This document shows, in pieces, positions 1 to 9,078 of a stretch of DNA of 23,711 nucleotides; positions within the stretch are counted from its first letter, which is position 1, and each line of letters begins with the position of its first letter. The notes below the pieces were generated by a model, which saw only the letters and a list, made by a program, of their open reading frames with translations, searched no databases and was not told the origin of the DNA. This stretch comes from an uncultured Gemmatimonadales bacterium. Its GTDB lineage: Bacteria > Gemmatimonadota > Gemmatimonadetes > Gemmatimonadales > GWC2-71-9. The stretch lies in assembly GCA_963821525.1 (NCBI GenBank), contig CAWGED010000011.1:1-23711 (forward strand). Direction: 5' to 3'. The translations under genes were made by a program, and so were the position numbers.

Positions 1-101
1 CGGTCGCACTGTTGCTCACCGTGATCGCCGCGGTCGCGTGCTATCTCCCGGCTCGCCGAGCGACCCGGGTGGACCCTATGGTGGCGTTGAGGGCGGAGTG
101 A
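1..101 (+). CDS. 3' end of an ABC transporter permease (ADOP/MacB-FtsX type), partial
   Basis: Frame from position 3 reads [32 protein letters not shown] (TGA 99-101). This is the same C-terminal motif as the three downstream permeases. Not in the ORF track. Confidence 0.9.
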   Translation, partial: VALLLTVIAAVACYLPARRATRVDPMVALRAE

Positions 102-118
102 GGTACCGAGTACCGAGT
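102..118. repeat. Short heptamer tandem (G/A)GTACCG x2 + AGT
   Basis: GGTACCG AGTACCG AGT directly after the stop codon; same unit family as at 2655, 5161 and 7822. Confidence 0.6.
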
Positions 119-135
119 GAGAGAGGGAGTGAATT

Positions 136-2631
136 GTGACGCTGTTGGCTGACCTCCGATATGCTTTCCGAACGTTGCGGCGTTCGCCCGGGTTCACGAT
201 CACGGCGATTCTCACGCTCGCGGTCGGGATCGGGGCCAATGCGGCAATCTTCACGCTGGTCAGCCGGGTGTTTCTTCGGCCGCTCCCCTTCGCGCATTCC
301 GACCGGCTTGTTCTGATCTGGGGCGACAACCCCCGATCCGGCTGGGATCGCCTGCCGCTCTCCTTCCCTAACTACAGCGATTTGCGCGAGCAGTCCGGCT
401 CGTTCGACGAGCTGGGCGCCTGGAGCGCATCGCGCGACCGTCGTCTGGTGATGAACGGCAACAGCGGTCCTGAGCAATTGCAGTACGCGGCTGGCTCCGC
501 GAGCCTGTTCCGTGCCCTCGGCGTAAACCCGACCGCGGGTCGGGTGTTCACCGAGGATGAGGATCGCGCGGAAGCGGGACGGGTCGTTCTCATCAGCAAC
601 GGATTGTGGCAGACTCGATTCGGCAGCGACCCAAGCCTGGTGGGCGGCAACCTCACGCTCAATGGAGAACCGTACCGCGTGGTCGGCGTCCTGCCGGCCG
701 ATTTCCGGTTTGTCACCTATCCGCGAACGCCGGACCTCTGGGTCCCATTACAACAGGACCCCGCGACCGGCACCGGCAATCGTTCGGCGCGTTATGCGCG
801 CGGCGCGGCCTATCTGGGAACCGTCGGCCTGCTCAAGAACGGCGTCACCCTCGATCAGGCCCGTGCCGAGGTCGGCGCCGTTGCCTGGGGTTTGGCGAGT
901 CAGTATCCCGACTTCAATACCGGGTGGGCGATCCAGCTGGTCGGCTTCCGCGACAGCGTGATCGCGCCGCTTCGCCCGGTCGTACTGCTTCTGACCGCGG
1001 CAGTAGGTCTCATGCTGCTGGTCGCCTGCGCCAATGTCGCCGGACTGGTGCTCGCACGAGGAGTGGCCCGACGGCGTGAGCTGGCGGTGCGTGCGGCGCT
1101 TGGCGCGACTCGCAACCGGCTTCTCTCCGGCCAACTCGCGGAAAGTCTGATCCTTGGAGCTGCCGGGGGTCTCCTCGGGGTGATTCTCGCGGTATGGCTG
1201 CTGGCGCTGCCGGTGTTCAGCCACTTCCAGCAAGGTGACCTTTTCCTGCCCTACAGCCTCGGGGGCGAACCGCTCAGAGTCGACGCTCCGATTCTGGGCT
1301 TCGCCATTGTGGTTTCTCTTTTGACCGGCGGGTTGGTTGGTCTGATCCCGGGCCTGAGCGCGTCGCGAGTAGATCTCCAGGTGACGCTTAAGGGAGGATC
1401 AAACGGCGGTGGACAACGGAGCCGCGGCGCCCTGGTCCTATCGCAGGTTGCTCTGTCACTGATCCTGCTCATCGGCACCGCGCTTCTCGTCCGGAGTCTG
1501 CTGCGACTCGAGGACGAGGACCCCGGATTCCGTCCCGACAATGTCCTGGCCGTCGACGTGAATCTCCCGCGGGAGCGGTATCAGGACGGCGCGCGGACGG
1601 CGGCCTTCTTCGACGCCGTGCTCGACCGGGCGCGCGGGTTGCCAGGAGTGCGCACTGCAGCCACAGTGGAACAGATGCCGCTCTCGGGTGAGCTTGGCAG
1701 CACAGACTTCCGCATCGAAGGCAAGCCTGAGCCGGCACCCAACCAGGAACCCCAGGCTCAATACGGTGGCGTCTCACCCGACTACTTCCGGGCCCTGGGG
1801 ATCCGGTTGGTGGCAGGGCGGGGCTTTGGTCCTGAGGACGATCCTCGGGGAACTCCGGTCGCCATCATCAGCGAAGCGACCGCCCGCCGTTACTGGCCGG
1901 GGGAAAATGCGGTGGGGAAACGCCTGGCGCTCAGCACCGAAGCACTGGTCTTCAGCGCCAATGGGCCGCCTCAGCTCGATTTCCCCTCGGCGATGCGGGA
2001 GGTCGTCGGAGTAGTGAGCAATGTGAAGAGCGCGAGTCTCGCCGCCGAGGCAGCACCTCAGGTTTATCTCCCATTCGCCCAACGTCCGGCGCGCGATATG
2101 ACCATCGTGGTCGCGACGGAATCGGAACCGCTTCTCCTCGCCGTCCCGATGCGGCAGGCGGTGCTCGAAGTTGATCCCGATCAGCCGGTCGCCGCGGTGC
2201 GGACACTCAGCGGCATGGTGGCCGAGTCTTTGGGTGAGCCCCGGTTCCGCACCTACCTCCTGACCGCCTTTGCCACGATCGCGCTGCTGCTCGCGGGAGT
2301 CGGGCTCGCCGGTCTCGTCGCTTACACAGTGAGTCAGCGGAGACGGGAGATGGGAGTCCGCATGGCGCTGGGGGCATCGCCGGGGCAGGTGATGTGGCTG
2401 GCACTCCTGAAGGGCTTTCGCCCAGTGTTGGCCGGAGTTGCGGTGGGGATTCCGCTGGCGCTGATCGGTACCCGCCTTCTCGCGGGAATGCTCTACGGTG
2501 TCTCACCGGCTGATCCGATCAGCTTCGGCGTGGTCCCGCTGATCCTCATCCTGGTGGCGCTGGTCGCCTGCTATCTACCCGCTCGACGAGTGCTGAGCAT
2601 CGATCCTTCCGAGGCGATGCGAGCCGAGTGA
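136..2631 (+). CDS. Duplicated ABC permease (ADOP-like, MacB periplasmic + FtsX domains x2), 831 aa
   Basis: N-terminal 'DLRYAFRTLRRSPGF...LAVGIGANAAIF', 'LLVACANVAGLVLAR...RRRELAVRAALGA', 'QRRREMGVRMALGA', C-terminal 'YLPARR..IDP..AMRAE'. GTG start with a purine-rich GAGGGAG upstream. Confidence 0.95.
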   Translation: MTLLADLRYAFRTLRRSPGFTITAILTLAVGIGANAAIFTLVSRVFLRPLPFAHSDRLVLIWGDNPRSGWDRLPLSFPNYSDLREQSGSFDELGAWSASRDRRLVMNGNSGPEQLQYAAGSASLFRALGVNPTAGRVFTEDEDRAEAGRVVLISNGLWQTRFGSDPSLVGGNLTLNGEPYRVVGVLPADFRFVTYPRTPDLWVPLQQDPATGTGNRSARYARGAAYLGTVGLLKNGVTLDQARAEVGAVAWGLASQYPDFNTGWAIQLVGFRDSVIAPLRPVVLLLTAAVGLMLLVACANVAGLVLARGVARRRELAVRAALGATRNRLLSGQLAESLILGAAGGLLGVILAVWLLALPVFSHFQQGDLFLPYSLGGEPLRVDAPILGFAIVVSLLTGGLVGLIPGLSASRVDLQVTLKGGSNGGGQRSRGALVLSQVALSLILLIGTALLVRSLLRLEDEDPGFRPDNVLAVDVNLPRERYQDGARTAAFFDAVLDRARGLPGVRTAATVEQMPLSGELGSTDFRIEGKPEPAPNQEPQAQYGGVSPDYFRALGIRLVAGRGFGPEDDPRGTPVAIISEATARRYWPGENAVGKRLALSTEALVFSANGPPQLDFPSAMREVVGVVSNVKSASLAAEAAPQVYLPFAQRPARDMTIVVATESEPLLLAVPMRQAVLEVDPDQPVAAVRTLSGMVAESLGEPRFRTYLLTAFATIALLLAGVGLAGLVAYTVSQRRREMGVRMALGASPGQVMWLALLKGFRPVLAGVAVGIPLALIGTRLLAGMLYGVSPADPISFGVVPLILILVALVACYLPARRVLSIDPSEAMRAE

Positions 2632-2654
2632 GGGATGCGTGAAGGGACTGAGAT

Positions 2655-2696
2655 AGTACCAAGTACCGAGTACCTAGTACCGAACTTCGAACTCTC
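2655..2696. repeat. Heptamer array AGTACCN x4 followed in phase by AACTTCG AACTCTC
   Basis: AGTACCA AGTACCG AGTACCT AGTACCG AACTTCG AACTCTC read directly. Confidence 0.85.
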
Positions 2697-2704
2697 GGTG
2701 GCAC

Positions 2705-5158
2705 ATGGACACCTTGCTGCAGGACCTGCGGTTTGCCGCTCGCACCCTGTTTCGCAACCGGGGCTTCACCCTGATTGCGGTGCTCACACTCGCGCTCGGG
2801 ATCGGCGCCAATACGGCAATCTTCAGTGTGCTGCGTGGCATTCTGCTCAAGCCGCTGCCGTACAAGGAGCCGGATCGCGCGGTCATGCTGTGGAGCTACT
2901 GGAAGGGCTGGGACCAAACCTGGCTCTCCGGGCCGGAGATCGTGGACTACTCCCAGCAGTCTCAGGTCTTCTCCGGTCTCGCTCCATTCGATGACGGGTC
3001 GTTCACCCTCACCGACAACGGAGATCCTGAGCGGGTCCGAGGCGGCCTCGTCGGGGCCAACCTCTTCAGCGTTCTGCAGGTGTCACCCATTCTGGGCCGG
3101 ACCTTCACGGCGGAAGAGGATCAACCCAACGGACCGCGTGTCGTAATCCTCGGGGAGGGTGTCTGGCGCCGGCGGTTCAACGCCGACCCGACGATTGTCG
3201 GCCGAGCGATCCAGCTCAATGCCGTGCCGTACACGGTGGTCGGGGTGATGCCGCAGGATTTCCGTCTCCCGCTGGATTACTCGGTTGATGAGAGAACTCA
3301 GCTCTGGACCCCGCTTCAGCTGGGCGTTCCCGACGAGAACGATCGGGGCAGCCACGGGCTCTATGCGGTCGGCCGGCTGCAATCGGGTGTGGACCTGAAT
3401 CAAGGCCAGAGATTGCTGGACAGTTTCGTGGCTCGCATGAAAGCGGATCACCCGGGGAACTACGGAGCCGAGTTCGGTGTCACCATGGTTTCGGTCTCGG
3501 ACCAGATCCTCGGCAAGATCCGGCCGGCGTTGGTCCTGTTGCTCGGCGCGGTGGCGCTGGTGCTCCTCATCGCCTGTGGCAACGTCGCAAACCTGCTGCT
3601 CGCACGAGGGGAATCGCGCCAGCGTGAGATTGCGATCCGCACCGCCCTCGGCGCGGGCCGGCGGCGCCTGGTGCGTCAGCTGCTGACCGAGAGTGTTCTC
3701 CTTTCGATGCTGGGAGGCGTGGTAGGAGTGCTCTTCGCCTGGTGGGGTGTCGAGGTGCTGCCGGCGATCAATCCTTCGAGTCTCCCCCGGGCGGACGCGA
3801 TCAGCATTGATCTACCGGTCCTCGGGGCGACGCTCGTTCTATCGCTGATTACCGGTATCGTCTTTGGCATGGTACCGGCGTGGCAGATGCTCCGGGATGC
3901 CCATCCGGAGCTGCGGGAGAACAGCCGCAACGTCACCACCGGTCGCGGCGGGCGGCGCTTCCGTCGAGTCCTGGTGGGCGTCGAGGTCATGATCGCGGTG
4001 ATTCTGGTGACCGGCGCCGGACTGGTGATGCGCAGCTTCCTCAAGCTGTCCAGCATGGACCCCGGCTTCGAACCTCATGGCGTCCTGACCATGCGGCTCT
4101 CCCTTCCCGATGCGACCTATCCCACGCGAACGACCGTCGCGACGCTCTACACTCGACTGTTTGATCGGCTTCGGGCGCTGCCTGGAGTGGAAACAGCCGG
4201 GGCCGTCGCGGGACTGCCGCTCGCATCAATTCGCGGCGATTGGGGAGTCACCGTCGAGGGCTATACCCCGCCGGATCCCACTCGCGGGACGCCGGCGGAC
4301 TGGCAGGTAGTGCGGCCCGACTACTTCGAAGCCATGGGTATTCCCCTCAAGAAGGGACGGTCGCTCACCGACGCGGACGGATTGGGTGCACCACCGGTCA
4401 TCATGGTGAACGAAGCCATGGCCCAGCTCTACTGGCCGGGTCGCGATCCGGTCGGGCAGCGCATGCACCTGAACTCGTCCGCGGATTCCCTTTGGCGTAC
4501 TGTCGTTGGTGTCGCGGGCAACGTGCTGCACCGCGGACTGGCTGAAACGCCTCGACCCGAGATGTATCTTCCCCACGCCCAGTTCTTTGCTTCAGCGCCA
4601 GACTCTGTCGTTCCCGTTCGTTCCATGACACTCACCCTGCGAGTGCGCGGGGCTCCCGAATCCCTGACCGGTCCAGTGCGCCAGGTCCTGGCCGATCTCG
4701 ACCGGGGGCTCGCCGTGTCGGACATCCGCTCGCTCGACGATGTTGTGTCGCGCTCGATCGCGGCACCGAGGTTCACTACCGCCCTGTTGAGCGTCTTCGC
4801 CGCGCTCGCCCTGGTCCTCGCTGCGATCGGGATCTACGGCGTGCTCTCGTTCATCGTCGCGCAGCGGACCGCGGAGCTTGGGATCCGCATGGCGCTCGGC
4901 GCCAGCGCGTCAGATGTACTGCGACTGGTAGTGGGGCAGGGCATGCGGCCCGTGATCATCGGACTCGCGGTGGGCCTGCTCGCCGCGCTGGCGTTGGCCC
5001 GGGTGCTACAGGGGTTTCTGTTCGGCGTCGCCCGGACGGATCCGGGGACCTACGTGACCGTGACGGTGGTTCTGAGTTGTGCGGCTATCCTTGCCTGCTA
5101 TCTCCCTGCCCGGCGAGCGGCGAAGGTGGATCCGATGACGGCGCTTCGCGCCGAGTAA
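2705..5158 (+). CDS. Duplicated ABC permease (ADOP-like), 817 aa
   Basis: 'MDTLLQDLRFAARTL...LALGIGANTAIFS', 'LLIACGNVANLLLARGESRQREIAIRTALGA', 'QRTAELGIRMALGA', '[20 protein letters not shown]'. Confidence 0.95.
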   Translation: MDTLLQDLRFAARTLFRNRGFTLIAVLTLALGIGANTAIFSVLRGILLKPLPYKEPDRAVMLWSYWKGWDQTWLSGPEIVDYSQQSQVFSGLAPFDDGSFTLTDNGDPERVRGGLVGANLFSVLQVSPILGRTFTAEEDQPNGPRVVILGEGVWRRRFNADPTIVGRAIQLNAVPYTVVGVMPQDFRLPLDYSVDERTQLWTPLQLGVPDENDRGSHGLYAVGRLQSGVDLNQGQRLLDSFVARMKADHPGNYGAEFGVTMVSVSDQILGKIRPALVLLLGAVALVLLIACGNVANLLLARGESRQREIAIRTALGAGRRRLVRQLLTESVLLSMLGGVVGVLFAWWGVEVLPAINPSSLPRADAISIDLPVLGATLVLSLITGIVFGMVPAWQMLRDAHPELRENSRNVTTGRGGRRFRRVLVGVEVMIAVILVTGAGLVMRSFLKLSSMDPGFEPHGVLTMRLSLPDATYPTRTTVATLYTRLFDRLRALPGVETAGAVAGLPLASIRGDWGVTVEGYTPPDPTRGTPADWQVVRPDYFEAMGIPLKKGRSLTDADGLGAPPVIMVNEAMAQLYWPGRDPVGQRMHLNSSADSLWRTVVGVAGNVLHRGLAETPRPEMYLPHAQFFASAPDSVVPVRSMTLTLRVRGAPESLTGPVRQVLADLDRGLAVSDIRSLDDVVSRSIAAPRFTTALLSVFAALALVLAAIGIYGVLSFIVAQRTAELGIRMALGASASDVLRLVVGQGMRPVIIGLAVGLLAALALARVLQGFLFGVARTDPGTYVTVTVVLSCAAILACYLPARRAAKVDPMTALRAE

Positions 5159-5269
5159 TGAGTACCTAGTACCTAGTACCTAGTGGCGAGGAGGAGACGA
5201 AAGGAAGACTCCGGGAATCCTACGATGGGTAGAACTCCCTTCTCCCTTCTCCCGTCTCCTTTCTCCCAA
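5154..5269. repeat. Composite heptamer region: AGTAATG (stop) + AGTACCT x3, purine-rich spacer, CTCCYNN x5
   Basis: AGTACCT at 5161, 5168, 5175. CTCCCTT CTCCCTT CTCCCGT CTCCTTT CTCCCAA at 5235-5269. AGGAGACG (5192-5199) is the reverse complement of CGTCTCCT (5253-5260). Confidence 0.85.
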
Positions 5270-5287
5270 ACCTGGAAACCAACTCTG

Positions 5288-7819
5288 ATGACGCTCCTGA
5301 CCGACCTCAAGTACGCCGTTCGCGGCCTGCGCAACAATCCTGGCTTCGCGGCTGTCGCCATCCTGACGCTGGCGCTGGGGATTGGCGCCAACACCGCAAT
5401 CTTCAGCGTGGTCAATGCCGTCCTGCTGCGCCCGCTGCCCTACTCCGAGCCGGAGAGGCTGGTTCAGGTCTACTCGGCCGGATTCCAGGAAGGCCGGTTT
5501 TCGATGTCGTATCCCGACATCGAACAGCTGCGAGCCATGCCGCAGGTCTTCGGCGGAGTCGCCGGCTACGACAGCCACGAATTCAATTTCACCGGCTCCG
5601 GGGATCCTCGCGAAATCGAGGGCGCCTACGCGTCGTCCGAGCTATTCCCGGTTTTGGGCACGACACCGGAGCTGGGCCGCACCTTTGGTCCGGAAGACGA
5701 GCAGGCTCCCTACGTGGTGATCAGCCATCGCCTCTGGGCCTCGGTGTTTGGCCGTGACCCGACGGTGCTTGGGCGGAGCATCCAACTCGACGGCGTTCCG
5801 TTCACGGTGATCGGCGTCATGCCGGCCACTTTCCGGTTTCCGAGCGAGAACATTGACCTCTGGGCGCCGCTCGGCGGAGCCTTCGCCGCCAGTCCCGAGG
5901 CGCGGACTGACCGCAACCTCCACCTCTTCAACACCGTTGCACGGCTGCAGCCGGGGGTGACCAAGGACCGGGTTCAGGCCGATCTCGCAACTCTGGCCCA
6001 GCGGCTCCAGGCGCAGGTAGAGGCCGAGCCCAATCAGCCCCAACGGCGGGAGATGCGGATCACCGCTCGGGGCGCAGCACCGGCCGGTGGTGCCGGGCCG
6101 CGACCCGGTCCCAGCGTGGCGCGAGCAAGAGACGGCGCGGGCCTCGAGATCGCGTTCGATGCGGTGCCACTGAGCGACGAAGTCGTCGGTGACATCCGGC
6201 CGACGCTGTATGTGCTGTTCGGCACCGTGGCCATGGTGCTGCTCATCGCGTGCGCCAACGCGGCGAATCTGCTCGTGGCCCGGGCCAATTCGCGGCGCCG
6301 GGAGATCGTGATTCGGCAGGCACTGGGTGCCGATCGCGGCCGCATCGTGCGACAGATTCTCACCGAGAGCGTCCTGCTCGCGCTCGCGGCTGGAGTGGTG
6401 GGCGTCCTGATGAGTTACTGGGGCCTCGACCTGCTGCTTGCGACCTGGCCCGATTCACTCCCCAGGGTCCAGGACGTCACGATTGATCGTTCGGTGTTGG
6501 CATTCACCTTCCTGGTATCACTCGCGACTGGCATTGGATTCGGGCTGGTGCCTGCTCTTCGTGCCTTCCATCCGGCCATTGAGGAGGCTCTGCGCGAAGA
6601 CTCCGCCGGCCTGGGCGGTGGCCGTAGACGGCAGCGGACCCAGCGGGTCATGGTCGCCGCCGAGCTGGCGGTGGCTCTGGTACTGCTGGTGTCGGCCGGG
6701 CTCCTGGTCCGCAGCTTCACGCGATTGATGGAGGTGGATCCCGGTTACGACACGCACGACGTGCTCGCGGCCAGGGTCCGGCTCACTCCCTCCCGCTATC
6801 CCGATCGCGCATCGCGAGAGACCTTCTTTCGCACTCTGAGCGAGGATCTCGCCGCTCGTCCCGGGGTGGATGGCGTCACCATCTCTCGTACCATGCCGCT
6901 CACCGGGTCCATGATGATGCTCGCCATCAATCCCCAGCGGATCCGGCCCAACGATCCCGATCCGATTCTCCCGATCGCGATGCGCCTCGTGGGCTCCGAC
7001 TATTTCAACACCCTGCGAGTCCCGATCCTCAAGGGACGCCCCTTCGAAGCCACCGACCGGGACGGGGCGACTCCGGTCGTGGTGATCAACACTCGGCTGG
7101 CCAAGCGGCTCTGGCCGGACGAGGATCCGATAGGGAAGCAGATTCCGATCGGAATGCGGCGGGAAACGGAAAGGGAAGCGACCGTGGTCGGCGTGATCGG
7201 TGACGTACATTATTCCGGTCTCGATGAAGAGACCGGCCCCGAACTGTATCTTCCACTGGCGCAGGCGCCCGATTGGGGCGAGCAAATGTGGATCGCCCTC
7301 CGAGCCGAACGGAACCCGCTGCTCCTGGCAAGCACGGTCCGGGAGGCGGTGCGCCGGGCCGATCCGCAGCAGCCGGTGGCGGAACTCTTCAGTCTGGATC
7401 AGGCGATCGGGCAATCCACTGCCGCTCGCCGGTTCAACATGATGCTGATCTCCCTCTTCGCCGGGCTGGCCGTGGCGCTCTCGGTGATCGGAGTCTACGG
7501 ATTGACCTCATATGCCGTGAGCCAGCGCACGAGGGAGCTGGGGATTCGAATCGCCCTCGGCGCCAAGCAGGGAGATGTGGTGCGACTGGTGATTCGCGAA
7601 GGCCTCCGGCTTGCCCTGATCGGTGCCGCGATCGGTCTGCCGATAGCATTCGCGGCCTCGAAAGCCATCGGCTCGATGCTGTTCGAGGTCACAACCAGCG
7701 ACGCGCTGACCTATGGCGGAACCGCAGCGCTCCTGATCTCTGCGGCCATGCTGGCGACATGGATCCCCGCACGACGCGCGGCGCGGGTGGATCCGGTGGT
7801 GGCGTTGAAGAGTGAGTAA
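5288..7819 (+). CDS. Duplicated ABC permease (ADOP-like), 843 aa from ATG 5288
   Basis: 'MTLLTDLKYAVRGLRNNPGF' aligns with the paralog N-termini, so the ORF-track start at 5183 (inside repeats) is unlikely. Also 'LLIACANAANLLVARA..RRREIVIRQALGA' and 'WIPARRAARVDPVVALKSE'. Confidence 0.93.
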   Translation: MTLLTDLKYAVRGLRNNPGFAAVAILTLALGIGANTAIFSVVNAVLLRPLPYSEPERLVQVYSAGFQEGRFSMSYPDIEQLRAMPQVFGGVAGYDSHEFNFTGSGDPREIEGAYASSELFPVLGTTPELGRTFGPEDEQAPYVVISHRLWASVFGRDPTVLGRSIQLDGVPFTVIGVMPATFRFPSENIDLWAPLGGAFAASPEARTDRNLHLFNTVARLQPGVTKDRVQADLATLAQRLQAQVEAEPNQPQRREMRITARGAAPAGGAGPRPGPSVARARDGAGLEIAFDAVPLSDEVVGDIRPTLYVLFGTVAMVLLIACANAANLLVARANSRRREIVIRQALGADRGRIVRQILTESVLLALAAGVVGVLMSYWGLDLLLATWPDSLPRVQDVTIDRSVLAFTFLVSLATGIGFGLVPALRAFHPAIEEALREDSAGLGGGRRRQRTQRVMVAAELAVALVLLVSAGLLVRSFTRLMEVDPGYDTHDVLAARVRLTPSRYPDRASRETFFRTLSEDLAARPGVDGVTISRTMPLTGSMMMLAINPQRIRPNDPDPILPIAMRLVGSDYFNTLRVPILKGRPFEATDRDGATPVVVINTRLAKRLWPDEDPIGKQIPIGMRRETEREATVVGVIGDVHYSGLDEETGPELYLPLAQAPDWGEQMWIALRAERNPLLLASTVREAVRRADPQQPVAELFSLDQAIGQSTAARRFNMMLISLFAGLAVALSVIGVYGLTSYAVSQRTRELGIRIALGAKQGDVVRLVIREGLRLALIGAAIGLPIAFAASKAIGSMLFEVTTSDALTYGGTAALLISAAMLATWIPARRAARVDPVVALKSE

Positions 7820-7926
7820 TAAGTACCGGGTACCTAGTACCTAGTACCTAGTACCTAGTGCTAACAGCTAACAGCTAACAGCTAACGGCTTACGGCTGAC
7901 GGCTGACGGCTGACGGCCCTGACACC
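7815..7926. repeat. Two abutting heptamer arrays: AGTACCN-type x5, then GCTAACA x3, GCTAACG, GCTTACG, GCTGACG x3
   Basis: Read directly at 7822-7859 and 7860-7915. The stop TAA lies in an in-phase degenerate unit AGTAATA (7815-7821). Confidence 0.95.
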
Positions 7927-7943
7927 AAACCGTAAAGGTTCTC

Positions 7944-8642
7944 GTGATCCGACTGACCGACGTGGAGAAGTCCTTCGACACCAAGCCGTCGCCGACCTAC
8001 GTCCTGCGCCGGATCAATCTCACGATCCAGCCTGGGGAGTTCGTCACCATCATGGGACCGTCGGGTGCGGGGAAATCCACTCTGCTCGCGATCCTCGGCA
8101 TGCTGGACGGCGAGTACCGAGGCCAATACGAATTCAAGGGACAGCAAGTCCAACCTCTCAAGCCGAAGCAACGGGCGGAGCTGGCCAAGCAGTCGGTGGG
8201 ATTCGTCTTCCAGCAGTATCATCTGCTCGACGATCTCACGGTGGCGGAGAATCTCGACATGCCTTTGTCCTACCGAGACCTCCGGAGCTCGGAGCGTGCT
8301 GCCCTGGTGGCCGATGCGCTGGATCGATTTCATATCGTCGGGAAAAAGGACCTCTATCCCCGCCAGCTCTCCGGCGGCCAGCAACAACTGATCGCGGTGG
8401 CCCGGGCAATCATCGCCAAGCCGGCGCTCCTGCTCGCCGACGAGCCGACCGGAAATCTCCACTCCGCCCAGGGCCGCGAAATCATGGAACTGTTCTGTAA
8501 GCTCAACGCGGCGGGTACCACGATCATCCAGGTGACCCACTCGGTTGAAAACGCTCAGTTCGGGAGTCGGATTGTGGAGCTCAAGGACGGATGGATGGTG
8601 GGGGATGTGGCGGTGGTGGGGCAGGCCGCAGTCGGCAAGTAG
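7944..8642 (+). CDS. ABC transporter ATP-binding protein (LolD/MacB-type ATPase)
   Basis: Walker A GPSGAGKST, Q-loop GFVFQ, signature LSGGQQQ, Walker B LLLADEPTGNL, H-loop QVTH. GTG start. Confidence 0.95.
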   Translation: MIRLTDVEKSFDTKPSPTYVLRRINLTIQPGEFVTIMGPSGAGKSTLLAILGMLDGEYRGQYEFKGQQVQPLKPKQRAELAKQSVGFVFQQYHLLDDLTVAENLDMPLSYRDLRSSERAALVADALDRFHIVGKKDLYPRQLSGGQQQLIAVARAIIAKPALLLADEPTGNLHSAQGREIMELFCKLNAAGTTIIQVTHSVENAQFGSRIVELKDGWMVGDVAVVGQAAVGK

Positions 8643-8657
8643 CTGTTAGCTATTAGC
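8640..8657. repeat. Left heptamer arm (TAGCTGT TAGCTAT TAGC) of the inverted pair around the four-helix-bundle gene
   Basis: Its reverse complement GCTAATAGCTAACAGCTA matches 9227-9244 (GCCAATAGCTAACAGCTA) at 17 of 18 positions. Confidence 0.85.
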
Positions 8658-9078
8658 GGTCGACATGATGGCGATGTGAGGCTCGCAAGATTGTTTTGAT
8701 TGGTGACCGAGCATGGGCTTGTGCCGACGTTCGTAGGCGCATAAGGAATCCATTCAACATCTTTCGGACTTCCTGGAGTCGAGGGCTAAGCTCCTGATAC
8801 CTGCTGCTCGGCAACATTCCGACTCGCGCAGCGATCACCAATTGCGTATGTAGCTCGGTAGCCGACCCTCTTGCGATCGTGAGAAACCGGATCATTTCGG
8901 TATCGGACCCTCGTCCGGATCCCTCGGCGATGTTGCTGGCAATCGAAATCGAAGACCTACGGATTTGGCTGGTGAGACCGTAGAGTTCGGACTTAGGAAA
9001 GTTTTGAGTTACCCGATAAACGTCCACCGTCAGGTCTACCGCCTTCTTCCACACCTTAAGGCGCTCGCATTCCTGCAC
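8653..9078 (-). CDS. Four-helix-bundle protein (23S rRNA intervening-sequence protein family, TIGR02436/PF05635-like; Avd-like fold)
   Basis: Family motifs 'LKVWKKAVDL...FPKSELYGLTSQIRRSSISIASNIAEGSGR...RFLTIARGSATELHTQL...EVRKMLNGF'. Start is uncertain: GTG 9078 fits the usual family N-terminus; GTG 9087 and TTG 9099 are alternatives. Confidence 0.92.
   Translation of the reverse strand: MQECERLKVWKKAVDLTVDVYRVTQNFPKSELYGLTSQIRRSSISIASNIAEGSGRGSDTEMIRFLTIARGSATELHTQLVIAARVGMLPSSRYQELSPRLQEVRKMLNGFLMRLRTSAQAHARSPIKTILRASHRHHVDR

Noticed and set aside
2699..2718. Sigma54 promoter TGGCAC...TTGC
   Set aside because: The spacer is 9 nt rather than 5 and the site overlaps the permease start codon.
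5183..5287. 35-aa N-terminal extension of permease 3
   Set aside because: It is translated heptamer-repeat sequence; the paralogs align from ATG 5288.
7815..7926. CRISPR array
   Set aside because: Units are 7 nt and contiguous with no unique spacers; no cas genes in the window.
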